A stretch of 64,000 bases of DNA from Planctomycetota bacterium (GTDB lineage: Bacteria; Planctomycetota; UBA1135). The stretch is from assembly GCA_040264055.1 (NCBI GenBank), contig JBDQJC010000008.1, forward strand, positions 342-64,341, in the 5' to 3' direction. Shown here in pieces: positions 1-8,711 of this stretch; within the stretch, counting starts at the first letter, position 1, and the number at the start of each line of letters is the position of its first letter. The translations under genes were made by a program, and so were the position numbers. The notes under the pieces were generated by a model. That model made no database searches. It was not told where the DNA came from and was given only the letters and a program-made list of their open reading frames with translations.

Positions 1-267
1 CCCGTTGTCGAAGGCAAAGGTCGAGAAGGTAGTGAAAGCGCCGAGGAAGCCAATGCAGAGAATGCGACGGGTTTCGGGGCTGAGAAGTTGGGCATCTTCG
101 GCGGCTGCCCAGATGCAGCCAAACAGGAAGCTGCCGAGGAGGTTGGCCGCAAGGGTGCCGATGGGGAAGCTCCACCCGGTGTAATTCGTCAGGCCATGGC
201 TGAGTCCGACGCGTGCCCAAGTGCCCGCGGCACCGGCCACGCCGAGAAGAAGGAAGGAGTTGCCCAC
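1..267 (-). CDS. crcB: Fluoride channel CrcB/FluC, 5' part only (gene runs off the window start)
   Basis: Edge-truncated, so absent from the ORF track. Minus-strand translation from GTG 267-265 reads VGNSFLLLGVAGAAGTWARVGLSHG...SFPIGTLAANLLGSFLFG...GFLGAFTTFSTFAFDNG. The GxxGAxxR and GFxGxxTTFSTF motifs are CrcB hallmarks. Confidence 0.75.
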   Translation of the reverse strand, partial: MGNSFLLLGVAGAAGTWARVGLSHGLTNYTGWSFPIGTLAANLLGSFLFGCIWAAAEDAQLLSPETRRILCIGFLGAFTTFSTFAFDNG

Positions 268-272
268 GGCCG

Positions 273-279
273 TATCCTA
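273..279. promoter_or_regulatory. Overlapping face-to-face -10-like hexamers (TATCCT on plus, TAGGAT on minus) between crcB and SCO1
   Basis: Plus TATCCT at 273-278 lies 7 nt before TTG 286. Minus TAGGAT (274-279) lies 6 nt before the crcB GTG at 267. Only 12-18 nt separate the two starts. Confidence 0.4.
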
Positions 280-285
280 TTGGAC

Positions 286-879
286 TTGCTCGTGCGTCTC
301 CCCTCGCTTGTTTTGGCGTCAGCCGGCCTGCTCGGAATCACGCTTGCCGCGTGTTCGCGCCCACCCGATGGACTCCAGGATCTTCCTGCCGTCCAGGCTT
401 TCCAACTGGACTCGTCGCAAGGTCGTACCTTCACCGAAGCTGAGCTCGACGGTCAGATTTGGGTGGTCAACTTCTTCTTCACGCGTTGCCCGACCATTTG
501 CCCGATGCTCATGGATAGGGTCCACGAGGTCTATCAGCGGTGGGCCGACGAAGAGGATGTGCACTTCTTGTCGATCACTGTCGACGGCGGCTTTGACACG
601 CCCGAGGTGCTGCGTGCCTACCGCGAAGCGCGCGGGCTGCCCACGGATCGTTGGGTACTCGCGACCGGCGAGCGCGAGACGATTGTCGAACTCTCGGAAC
701 AGAGTTTTCTAGAAGCCGTCGCAGCGCAGATGGATGAAAGTGGCGACATCTTACATAGCTCGCGCGTGCTCGTGCTGGATCGGAAGCGCGGCCTGCGGGG
801 TTGGTTTGATGTCTTTGACGAAGACGATCACCCTCGACTGGATGCCGTCGTGGATTACCTGCTGAAAGAGGACCGTTGA
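286..879 (+). CDS. SCO1/SenC copper chaperone (thioredoxin fold), lipoprotein-type signal peptide
   Basis: Frame of ORF 88-879. CPTICP (CxxxC) copper motif, distal conserved His (HSSRVLVLD), signal LVLASAGLLGITLAAC. The 88-279 extension overlaps crcB, so the start is placed at TTG 286 (alternatives TTG 280, GTG 292). Confidence 0.8.
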   Translation: MLVRLPSLVLASAGLLGITLAACSRPPDGLQDLPAVQAFQLDSSQGRTFTEAELDGQIWVVNFFFTRCPTICPMLMDRVHEVYQRWADEEDVHFLSITVDGGFDTPEVLRAYREARGLPTDRWVLATGERETIVELSEQSFLEAVAAQMDESGDILHSSRVLVLDRKRGLRGWFDVFDEDDHPRLDAVVDYLLKEDR

Positions 880-1334
880 TGGACCTACCTTTTCTCCCGA
901 CCCTGAATGCCTGCCTCAATGGCTTTGCATTTGTGCTGCTTGTGACCGGCTTGATCAAGATCAAACAAGGTCGGGAAGACGCGCACAAGAAGCTCATGAT
1001 CGGAGCATTGGTGGTTTCGACCTTGTTTCTGATCAGCTATGTCACGCACCACGCAACGGTCGGCTTGACGGTCAAATACGCCGGCGCAGAGTGGGGTAAG
1101 ACGCCTTACCTCGCCATGCTCTTGGTGCATACCGTTCTTGCTGCGGCAGTGCCTTTCTTGGCGATCCGCACCGCCTACCTAGGGTTTCAAGACCGACGCG
1201 AGTCGCATCGCAAGTGGGCCAAGATCACCGCACCGATTTGGCTTTTTGTCAGCGTTAGCGGAGTCTTGATCTACTTCATCCTCTACGTCTGGACCGATTC
1301 CTACGCGCAGGCCGTCGCGACCAAGCCGTCATGA
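879..1334 (+). CDS. DUF420 membrane protein (usual partner of SCO1/cox assembly genes)
   Basis: ORF 876-1334. ATG 879 overlaps the SCO1 stop (TGATG). Four predicted TM helices with His-rich YVTHH and ESHRKWAK segments typical of DUF420. Confidence 0.7.
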   Translation: MDLPFLPTLNACLNGFAFVLLVTGLIKIKQGREDAHKKLMIGALVVSTLFLISYVTHHATVGLTVKYAGAEWGKTPYLAMLLVHTVLAAAVPFLAIRTAYLGFQDRRESHRKWAKITAPIWLFVSVSGVLIYFILYVWTDSYAQAVATKPS

Positions 1335-2434
1335 AGCTCCACCCACGCGATCGAGGCGGACTTGCCGCAACCGGCGCCGCAACCTTCCTTGGCCTCGCCT
1401 TGATGGTCAGTGGAAGTTCGGTCGCACCCGCCGATGGGCCGGCTCTCAGCGCCCGCACGCGTGCGCTGGATCTTTCCGAGATGACGCAAGAGTTGCTGGT
1501 CGCGACTCTTGAACATGAGTTCGGGCCGCACGCCGAGCCGAAGCTGCCGGAGAGTTGGCAAGACCTCTACGCCGATGACTGGGACCGCAGCGATCCCGCT
1601 CAGGCGCAGCTCGCGGTCGAAATCGAAGCGCTTAACCTGGCCGAGCGGCTTACCGCGGGCCGTCGCTCTTACGCGGAGAACTGTCAGCATTGCCATGGGG
1701 TGCGTGGCGACGCCGAAACCCAAACCGCGAAGATCTTGTTGCCGCGGCCTCGCGACTTCAGCCTCGGCTTCACCAAGTTCAAGAGTACGCCTGGCAACGC
1801 CGCGCCACTGCGTGCCGATCTGCATCGCGTCTTGGAACAGGGCATTGCTTCCACTGCGATGGCTTCCTTCGCCCAGCTCGATCCCATCGAGCGCGTGCAG
1901 TTAAACGATTATGTTCAGTACCTCCTGATGCGCGGCGCCGTGGAAACACGGGTTGGCAGTGCACTTGCGGCTTTGCCCTCCGACGAGAGCGCCGCAGAAA
2001 CCGAAGTTGAGTTTCGCATTTTGCAGGCCAGCCAGGTCGCAAGTGACGCGGTCGCTGCGGATTGGCGCAACGCGGGTAGCTTGGCCTTGAAGGCCGCCCC
2101 CGAAAGCGAGACCGTCGAAGCAATTGCACGAGGCAATGCCCTTTATTCCAGCGCTCGGGCGGGTTGCAGCCTGTGCCATGGCGAGGACGGCAAGGGCCGC
2201 GGCCTCGGCGCCTGGGACCCGGAACTTGGTTGGCTCTTGCGCGACGTTTGGGGCAACCCGGTTCGCCCCGCCGATTTCAGTTACGGATCTTTCCACGGCG
2301 GTGCTTCGCCGGAAGAGGTCTACCGCAGCATTGCTCTCGGGGTCGCGGGCACGCCCATGGCCGGCTACCAGAACACCCTGCAGCCGAGCGAAATCTCCGA
2401 TCTGACCCATTACCTGAGGTCCTTGTCGCGATGA
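1331..2434 (+). CDS. Dihaem c-type cytochrome, exported
   Basis: Two CxxCH motifs (CQHCHG, CSLCHG), each followed by a distal Met region, plus an N-terminal signal. ATGA overlap with the upstream gene. Confidence 0.8.
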   Translation: MKLHPRDRGGLAATGAATFLGLALMVSGSSVAPADGPALSARTRALDLSEMTQELLVATLEHEFGPHAEPKLPESWQDLYADDWDRSDPAQAQLAVEIEALNLAERLTAGRRSYAENCQHCHGVRGDAETQTAKILLPRPRDFSLGFTKFKSTPGNAAPLRADLHRVLEQGIASTAMASFAQLDPIERVQLNDYVQYLLMRGAVETRVGSALAALPSDESAAETEVEFRILQASQVASDAVAADWRNAGSLALKAAPESETVEAIARGNALYSSARAGCSLCHGEDGKGRGLGAWDPELGWLLRDVWGNPVRPADFSYGSFHGGASPEEVYRSIALGVAGTPMAGYQNTLQPSEISDLTHYLRSLSR

Positions 2435-3336
2435 GCACTTCGCTTCCATCCGTCGCGCTGCATCGTTGGGCGCTCGCGACGCTGATCATGACGGTCCTGC
2501 TCACCGTGGGAATCGGCGGCGTCGTGACCAGCACGGAAACGGGCATGGCTTACCCGACCTGGCCCAACATCAACGGCCAGAGTCTGTTCAACTTCTTCTA
2601 CGGGAGTTTGGCCCAGGATTACGGTGCAGGCTCGGCACTTGAACACACGCACCGCCAAGCCGGAGCCTTGGTCGGCCTCCTTTCCATCGTTTGTGTGCTG
2701 GTTGCAGCCCGCAAGCGCAAAGACCTGGTCAAGCTGACGAGTTTGGTGCTGGCTCTGATCATTGTGCAAGGTGTGCTGGGCGCCTTCCGCGTTCTGGGCA
2801 ATACCCAAGGTGGCGCGATCATCCACGCGATGGGCGCGCAAGTCGTGATCGTTGCGATCGTGGTGTTGGTGAAACGCAGCAATCCAAGCTGGACAGGGTT
2901 TGCAGATCCCCGCCCGAGCGATTCCGCCGAGGCACGCCTGCGCCTTTGGTCGACACTTGGCGTCGTTTTGCTGTTTCTCAACCTGTTGGCTGCGGCGAGC
3001 CTGCGCCACAAAGCCGGTGCGTTCTCGGGTCACCTTGTGCTTGCGCTGACAGCCAGTGCTGTGCTGCTGACCGGCGTCTTTCGTGCGATGCGCGATTTCC
3101 GGGATGCGCCGCAGCTGCTCAAGGCCGCCAAGATGGTCGCTCACACAGTCGGCTTACAACTCGGGCTTGGCCTTGCGACTTGGGCCTTCTTGTTCGGCCC
3201 GCTGATGACCGAACTCAGCGATGAGCGCAGTCGCTTCTTGGTGCAAACACTTCTGGCGACGGGACACCTTGTGCTGGGCGTCGTTCTCATGGCCGCAGCG
3301 ACCAACCTCGCCCTGGAGGCTCGGCGCGCTCGATGA
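2431..3336 (+). CDS. ctaA: Haem A synthase (COX15/CtaA family)
   Basis: Internal ATG 2431 of ORF 2164-3336 overlaps the cytochrome c stop (ATGA). Polytopic protein with conserved His pairs (LEHTHRQAG, HAMGAQ, RHKAG, ATGHLVLG). Confidence 0.8.
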   Translation: MSTSLPSVALHRWALATLIMTVLLTVGIGGVVTSTETGMAYPTWPNINGQSLFNFFYGSLAQDYGAGSALEHTHRQAGALVGLLSIVCVLVAARKRKDLVKLTSLVLALIIVQGVLGAFRVLGNTQGGAIIHAMGAQVVIVAIVVLVKRSNPSWTGFADPRPSDSAEARLRLWSTLGVVLLFLNLLAAASLRHKAGAFSGHLVLALTASAVLLTGVFRAMRDFRDAPQLLKAAKMVAHTVGLQLGLGLATWAFLFGPLMTELSDERSRFLVQTLLATGHLVLGVVLMAAATNLALEARRAR

Positions 3337-4208
3337 GCCAGGCCCAAGCGAGTTTCGGCGATTGGGTCGCGCTCTCCAAGGCGCGCATTCAATTCATTTC
3401 GCTGACCGGCGCCTTGTTGTGTGCTTGGATGGCCTCGGCGCGCACCCTGTCCATTGAGCAGGCGATTCACTTGATCATCGGCCTGACCGCGATGAGTTCG
3501 GCAAGTGCGGCGATCAATCAGATCCTCGAAGTCGACATCGACGCGCGCATGGAGCGCACCCGCAATCGACCGCTACCGACTGGGCGCATCAGCATGCGCC
3601 AAGCCAAGTGGTTCTCGGCCATCACCGGCGTGGGCGGTGCGATCTGGCTGGCGGCATTCCTGAATCCGCTGACGGCTTGGTTGGGCGTGATCATGTTGAT
3701 GAGCTATTGCTTCATCTACACGCCTCTTAAGCGGGTCACCAATCTGAACACCGTGGTTGGCGCAGTGCCAGGAGCGATGCCCCTCTTGATCGGCTGGGCG
3801 GCGGCCGGCCAGGGCTTGAACCGGATGGCCGGCATCCTGTTCGCGATCTTGTTCCTTTGGCAATTTCCGCACTTCCTTGCGATCGCTTGGATGTTCAAAG
3901 AGGACTACCAACGCGGTGGGCTCAAAATGCTGCCGGGAGATAGTCGTCAAGGAGCGACGGCTCGGCAATCGATTCATTACGCGATCGCGCTGTTCATCGT
4001 CTCCCTTGCGCCGGTGGTGTTCGGCTTTGCCGGTACGGTCTATCTGTATGGTGCGATCACTCTCGGGCTTGGCTTTCTGGTCTACGTGATTCAGTTCAGC
4101 CTTGGTCATACGCAGCGCCGCGCTCGCGGCGTTCTGATTTCGTCGATTGTTTACCTGCCCCTGTTGCTTGCGCTGCTGACCTGGGACTACAGTCAACTGC
4201 GCACCTAA
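3333..4208 (+). CDS. ctaB: Protohaem IX farnesyltransferase (haem O synthase, UbiA family)
   Basis: INQILEVDIDARMERTRNRPLPTGRI matches the CyoE/CtaB NxxxDxxxD...RTxNRP signature. ATGA overlap with ctaA. Confidence 0.9.
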   Translation: MSQAQASFGDWVALSKARIQFISLTGALLCAWMASARTLSIEQAIHLIIGLTAMSSASAAINQILEVDIDARMERTRNRPLPTGRISMRQAKWFSAITGVGGAIWLAAFLNPLTAWLGVIMLMSYCFIYTPLKRVTNLNTVVGAVPGAMPLLIGWAAAGQGLNRMAGILFAILFLWQFPHFLAIAWMFKEDYQRGGLKMLPGDSRQGATARQSIHYAIALFIVSLAPVVFGFAGTVYLYGAITLGLGFLVYVIQFSLGHTQRRARGVLISSIVYLPLLLALLTWDYSQLRT

Positions 4209-4212
4209 GCCG

Positions 4213-5550
4213 ATGGCCGACCGCTCCCGCTCCGTTCTTGGCCTCGTCTTCCTGACGGTCTTCCTCGACATCGTCGGATTCTCGATCATCTTCCCGCTCT
4301 TTCCGGGGATGCTCGATTACTACTTCACGGCGGAAGGAGCCGACAGCTTGATCGGCAAGCTCGTCAGCGGCTTGCAAGAGTTCGCCGGCGAAGACCGCAA
4401 CGCGGTGCAAACTCTGTTTGGAGGCCTGCTCGGTTCGGTCTATGGCTTGCTGCAGTTCGTCTTCGCGACTTTCTGGGGCGGCCTTTCCGACCGCATTGGC
4501 AGGCGCCCGGTGCTTTTGTTTACGCTCAGCGGAACGGTGCTGGCTTATGTGCTCTGGTCGCTCGCTGCAAGCTTCTGGGTGCTTGTCATCGCACGCGTGC
4601 TCGGCGGCGCCATGGCCGGAAACATCTCAACGGCCTCGGCTGCGGTCGCCGACACAACCAGCGATCGGGATCGTGCCAAAGGCATGGGCATCGTTGGCAT
4701 GGCGATCGGACTCGGATTCATCCTTGGGCCGGCACTTGGCGCCATCTTCGTGAGCCTCTCATTTTCTGGAGACCCGACTCAAGCCGCGCTGGCTCGCGAA
4801 TCTGCAGGCAGCTTCGGATGGAACCCGTTCAGCGGTGCAGCGATCGCGAGTTGTGCGCTCGCGATTCTGAACTTGCTGCTGGTTGCGACGCGATTCCCCG
4901 AGACCCTGCCGACGGAAAAACGCGGCCAAGTCAGCAGCGCACGCAGCCTCAACCCCTTTGGCCGCTTGCGCTCGCTCGCTTTCCCCGGCGTCGTGCGCAC
5001 CAACCTGGTCTATTTTCTCTACCTGACGGCGTTCGCTGCGATCGAGTTCACCTTGACCTTCCTGGCCGCCGGCCGACTTGGCTATGGCCACAAGGAACTC
5101 GCGTGGATGTTCGTTTTCGTTGGCTTCGTCATCGCCTTTGTCCAGGGCGGCCTGGTGCGACGCATGGCACCGAAGTACGGCGAAGCACGACTTGCTCGAT
5201 TCGGCCTCGCCTTGACGCTGCCCGGCTTCGTCTTGATCGGCCTCGCCCAATCAAGCGGCATGCTCTACGCCGGGCTCGGCTGCATGGCCGTCGGCAGCGC
5301 CTTCGTTATGCCGTGCTTGTCCGCATTGGTTTCGCGTTATTGCCCATCTGATCGGCAAGGCTTGGCACTTGGAACCTTCCGTTCGATGGGCAGCCTGAGT
5401 CGCGCGGTCGGCCCGATTCTCGGCAGCTTGCTGTACTGGCGCTTCGGAAGCGCCTCGCCCTATTGGATCGGCGCCGCCTTCTTGTTGCTGCCACTGGGGC
5501 TGGCACTCTCGCTGCCACCGGTACCACGCACCGAAGAAGCAAGCGCCTAA
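4213..5550 (+). CDS. MFS transporter (TetA/TCR-like drug:H+ antiporter type)
   Basis: 12-TM profile. MFS motif A GGLSDRIGRRPVLL between TM2 and TM3. Confidence 0.85.
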   Translation: MADRSRSVLGLVFLTVFLDIVGFSIIFPLFPGMLDYYFTAEGADSLIGKLVSGLQEFAGEDRNAVQTLFGGLLGSVYGLLQFVFATFWGGLSDRIGRRPVLLFTLSGTVLAYVLWSLAASFWVLVIARVLGGAMAGNISTASAAVADTTSDRDRAKGMGIVGMAIGLGFILGPALGAIFVSLSFSGDPTQAALARESAGSFGWNPFSGAAIASCALAILNLLLVATRFPETLPTEKRGQVSSARSLNPFGRLRSLAFPGVVRTNLVYFLYLTAFAAIEFTLTFLAAGRLGYGHKELAWMFVFVGFVIAFVQGGLVRRMAPKYGEARLARFGLALTLPGFVLIGLAQSSGMLYAGLGCMAVGSAFVMPCLSALVSRYCPSDRQGLALGTFRSMGSLSRAVGPILGSLLYWRFGSASPYWIGAAFLLLPLGLALSLPPVPRTEEASA

Positions 5551-5569
5551 GTTCGATTGACTGCGCGAC

Positions 5570-6031
5570 CTATTCCGCGAGCAGGTAGCCGCTGAAGGAA
5601 TAGCCAATGTCATCCATCACCGTCGAGGTGATCACCCGGTTGACGAACACCACTTGGCTGCCGGGCCGGAAGGTCATGCCGCTATCGGAATGGTAGCCGG
5701 ACTCGCGCTTGACGAAGTAGCGCTCGCGTTTGGTCGTCAAGGTCTCAAACATGAGTTCGGCTATCGCAATCTCGCCGTTACCCGTGACCGAAGTGTCAAA
5801 GTCGGTGATCACCAACCACTTGTTGGTCGGCACCGTGTAGATCGAGCGCCAAGTTCCTGCGACCAAATCGTTGACTTGGTTGTCAATATGAACCCGGTCG
5901 CTGGCTGGGATCTGCGCGCTGCCTCCTGCTGGCGGAGCAAAGGCCGATCCGTTCGCGCGTGAACAGGAAATGACGCCCCAAAGGAGTGCGCAGGAAATGA
6001 GAAAGAGGACTTGGGCGCGAGAGAAAGCCAT
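5570..6031 (-). CDS. Hypothetical exported protein / lipoprotein
   Basis: ORF 5570-6073 trimmed to ATG 6031 (MAFSRAQVLFLISCALLWGVISCS signal). TAATGT sits 5 nt upstream. No recognisable family. Confidence 0.5.
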   Translation of the reverse strand: MAFSRAQVLFLISCALLWGVISCSRANGSAFAPPAGGSAQIPASDRVHIDNQVNDLVAGTWRSIYTVPTNKWLVITDFDTSVTGNGEIAIAELMFETLTTKRERYFVKRESGYHSDSGMTFRPGSQVVFVNRVITSTVMDDIGYSFSGYLLAE

Positions 6032-6071
6032 ACTGCACATTAGCCGATGAACTCGGCTGCGGGTTTCCCCC

Positions 6072-7187
6072 ATGTCAAGCGACAGTCAAATCCTCGCCAT
6101 ACTTCATCAAGCTGCGCAAGAAGTCGGCTTGGAAGTGCGTGCGACCGAAGCCGTGGAGGTTCTTCCTAGTGAAGTGCGTACGCGCGTGCGGCAATGGATG
6201 GCCGAAGGTCGGGCCGGGCAGATGGACTACCTCTCGGGAGTGACTCCTTTGTTGGAAGATCCGCGCGCTTGGAAGGACTGGGCGCAAAGTATGGTCTTGG
6301 TTGCCCTTCCTTATGCCCGCGAGGCGGGCGGCTTTCGTGATGGCGGACGCGTCGCGCGCTACGCGCTCGGGCGCGATTACCACAACCTGATCGGCAAGCG
6401 CCTCGAGCGATTGGGCAAGCGAATGCGCGCGGCCGGCATCGTCAGTCGTTTTCGCGCCTGCACCGATGCTGCACCGGTATTGGAGCGCGAATGGGCCTTG
6501 CGCGGCAAGGTCGGGTGGCGCGGCAAGAACACCCTGGTACTTGATCCCGAGTTTGGGCCCTGGGTCTTGTTGGGTGAACTGCTGGTTGATGTTCCTTTGC
6601 CTCGCTATCGCAAGACCGCACGCCGCTGGGCGACTTGCGGAACTTGCACACGTTGCCTCGATGTTTGCCCGACCGGCGCACTCGACGCAGCTTGGTCGAT
6701 GGACGCGCGTCTCTGTCTTTCGTATCTGACGATCGAACTGCGGGAGTCGATCCCGCTTGAGCTCCGCCCGGCACTGAGCGACTGGGTTTTCGGTTGCGAC
6801 CTCTGCCTAGAGGTCTGCCCCTTTGGCGATCACGCGGGCGATCATGCCGCGGAATGGGGGGAGCATCCTGCCCTCGCGAAGTTCAGCCTTGAGGACCTAC
6901 TCGGATTGAGCGAGGCGCAGTTTGAACAGGACTTTTTGGGCAGCCCCTTGAAGCGCCCCGGTCGGGCTGGGCTGGCTCGCAATGCCTGTGTCGTGCTGGG
7001 CAATTTGGGTCGCGGCGAGGGCGCTTTGCGCCGGGCTGTTCAAGGCGATTCGTCGGCGATGGTCCGGGGTCATGCCGCTTGGGCTTTGGGGAAACTGGGC
7101 GATTTGTCCGGACTTCGCCTCGCGCTGACTCTCGAGTCCGATCCGGAAGTCTGCCGCGAAATTGACATCGCGATCCAGTCAAGTTAG
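6072..7187 (+). CDS. queG: Epoxyqueuosine reductase
   Basis: Two ferredoxin-type clusters (CGTCTRCLDVCPTGAL, CDLCLEVCPF), a QueG-like N-terminal domain and a C-terminal HEAT-like tail (VRGHAAWALGKLGD). Confidence 0.9.
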   Translation: MSSDSQILAILHQAAQEVGLEVRATEAVEVLPSEVRTRVRQWMAEGRAGQMDYLSGVTPLLEDPRAWKDWAQSMVLVALPYAREAGGFRDGGRVARYALGRDYHNLIGKRLERLGKRMRAAGIVSRFRACTDAAPVLEREWALRGKVGWRGKNTLVLDPEFGPWVLLGELLVDVPLPRYRKTARRWATCGTCTRCLDVCPTGALDAAWSMDARLCLSYLTIELRESIPLELRPALSDWVFGCDLCLEVCPFGDHAGDHAAEWGEHPALAKFSLEDLLGLSEAQFEQDFLGSPLKRPGRAGLARNACVVLGNLGRGEGALRRAVQGDSSAMVRGHAAWALGKLGDLSGLRLALTLESDPEVCREIDIAIQSS

Positions 7188-7424
7188 GCGCGAAAACAAG
7201 TCTGGGGTATCGTTCGCAGCATGCCTTACAAGTAAATAGGCCAGTTCACTGGCCCCTGTGGGTCCGATTCGCGCACCCCAATTCCCTTTGCGTGTTCCTA
7301 AAAAACTCTTGGCCTCGACAGGATTTTCAGAGGAGATTTAGCAACGCAACCCCTGTTCCCGCCATATGTTTCTTGCAGGGGGTTTCTCGCCCCCAGCTCT
7401 TTCGGCCCTCATTTGGTCCAGAAC

Positions 7425-7628
7425 ATGAACCCGAGCGTCAACTACTACAACTCTAAGAAGTACTGCCCGAGCTGTCGGGAGTATGTCCGGTTTCTGCAAA
7501 GCATCGACGAGTCTTTCTGCGTCGCATGCGGTTCGAAGGTCCGTCTGTTCAGCACCGCTGATAAGCAGGCATTCCTCGATGGATTGAAAGCAGACAAAGA
7601 AACTCGCAAGAACAAGCGGGTATCCTAA
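7425..7628 (+). CDS. Small Zn-ribbon protein (67 aa), function unknown
   Basis: CPSC...x17...CVAC four-Cys ribbon with a Lys-rich tail. The ORF track starts at TTG 7413; ATG 7425 is preferred. Sits in a low-GC islet with its own terminator. Confidence 0.5.
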   Translation: MNPSVNYYNSKKYCPSCREYVRFLQSIDESFCVACGSKVRLFSTADKQAFLDGLKADKETRKNKRVS

Positions 7629-7696
7629 GAGAGTCTCGCCTGCCAGAACCGGCAGGCGTCCGAATCTGGGAAGCGGCCCTCGGCTGCTCCTGGATT

Positions 7697-7728
7697 GCGC
7701 TCCGCCTCAGGCGGCAGCGCTTTTTTTT
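7697..7728 (+). terminator. Rho-independent terminator
   Basis: GCGCTCCGCC-TCA-GGCGGCAGCGC hairpin (one bulge) followed by T8 (7721-7728). An additional 8-bp hairpin lies at 7637-7658. Confidence 0.75.
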
Positions 7729-7769
7729 GGCCTTGCGATCACCCCAAGCTATCGCGATACGCTGCCCGA

Positions 7770-7775
7770 TAAACT
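7770..7775 (+). promoter_or_regulatory. -10-like TAAACT, 6 nt before the oxyR ATG (leaderless-type spacing)
   Basis: Sequence TAAACT-aggcgc-ATG. No Shine-Dalgarno is possible in 6 nt. Confidence 0.4.
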
Positions 7776-7781
7776 AGGCGC

Positions 7782-8696
7782 ATGCATCTTCCGACCCTGC
7801 GTCAGCTCGAATACTTCACTGGCATCGTGGATCACGGCAGCTTCCGCGCAGCGGCCGAGGCTTGTTTCGTGACCCAACCGGCTCTGAGCAGTCAGATTCA
7901 GCAGCTTGAGAAGACGCTCGGTGTGCGCCTCTTCGAACGCGACGGACGCAAAGTGCGACTGTCGCTTGCCGGCAGCCGATTGCTACCGCGAGCGCGGCTG
8001 ACTCTGGAGACCGCAACTGATCTTGTCACCGAAGCGCATGCCCAAGGCGAACCACTCGCTGGCCCCCTGCGCCTCGGCGTGATTCCGACCGTCGCCCCCT
8101 ATCTGCTGCCAGCACTCGCGCCCGAAGCTCATCGACGTTACCCGGAACTGCGCCTCCTTTTGCACGAAGGGCAGACGCATGATCTCGTCGAACAGCTCCA
8201 TGATCACCAGCTGGATCTCTTGCTGCTTGCCCTCGATGTTGAGCTTGATGGAGCCGAAGAACACTTCCTGTTCGAAGATCCTTTCGTGCTCGCGGTTCCG
8301 CAAGGCCACCCTCTCGCCAAGCGAAAGACCGTCCACCGTTCCGACCTCGACGGCCTCGACTTGCTCTTGCTCGAAGACGGCCACTGTCTGCGCGAGCATG
8401 CCTTCGCGGCGTGCAGCATCGAACCGAGTCAGGAGATCGATGATTTCCGCGCGACCAGCATGAATACGCTGGTGCATATGGTCGCAAGCGGCATTGGCGC
8501 GACCCTGCTGCCGCAAATGGCTGTGCAGAACCAACGCGGCGAGTTTCCCGGCATCATGATGATCCCGTTTGAAGAACCACAGCCCGCGCGCCGCATCGGC
8601 TTAGTGTGGCGTCAGAGCAGCCCAAGAAAAGAGGAGTTCCACCTGATGGCAGAACTCCTGATGCGTGTTTTTCAACCGCACGCGATGGCGAGCTAG
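7782..8696 (+). CDS. oxyR: LysR-family peroxide sensor OxyR
   Basis: HTH VTQPALSSQIQQLEKTLG. Redox pair context LLLLEDGHCLREHAFAACS...FRATSMNTLVHMVASG aligns with E. coli OxyR C199/C208. Confidence 0.85.
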   Translation: MHLPTLRQLEYFTGIVDHGSFRAAAEACFVTQPALSSQIQQLEKTLGVRLFERDGRKVRLSLAGSRLLPRARLTLETATDLVTEAHAQGEPLAGPLRLGVIPTVAPYLLPALAPEAHRRYPELRLLLHEGQTHDLVEQLHDHQLDLLLLALDVELDGAEEHFLFEDPFVLAVPQGHPLAKRKTVHRSDLDGLDLLLLEDGHCLREHAFAACSIEPSQEIDDFRATSMNTLVHMVASGIGATLLPQMAVQNQRGEFPGIMMIPFEEPQPARRIGLVWRQSSPRKEEFHLMAELLMRVFQPHAMAS

Positions 8697-8711
8697 GTTC
8701 GCACGGTAGCT

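Noticed and set aside
268-340. Fluoride riboswitch upstream of crcB
   Set aside because: Only 12-18 nt separate crcB from the divergent SCO1 gene, and the region beyond is SCO1 signal-peptide coding sequence. There is no room for the roughly 50-nt crcB motif.
2164-2430. Long N-terminal extensions in the ORF track (also 88-285, 11940-12266, 20532-20645, 27746-27964, 35692-35790, 38746-38862, 46831-47289, 49043 ORF beyond 50602, 59319-59477, 59954-60139)
   Set aside because: The extensions overlap the preceding gene or an opposite-strand gene and encode Arg/Pro-rich junk. They end at internal starts that form ATGA/GTGA couplings or follow a -10-like box.
7188-7412. Riboswitch or known housekeeping ncRNA (6S, SRP, RNase P, tmRNA) in the 225-nt queG-downstream spacer
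   Set aside because: I could not recognise any conserved core motif of these RNAs. Only a short palindrome and weak hairpins are present. Covariance-model scanning (Rfam/Infernal) would be needed to exclude it formally.
7530-7537. GGTTCGAA (tRNA T-arm-like) string
   Set aside because: It lies inside the Zn-ribbon CDS with no surrounding cloverleaf complementarity.
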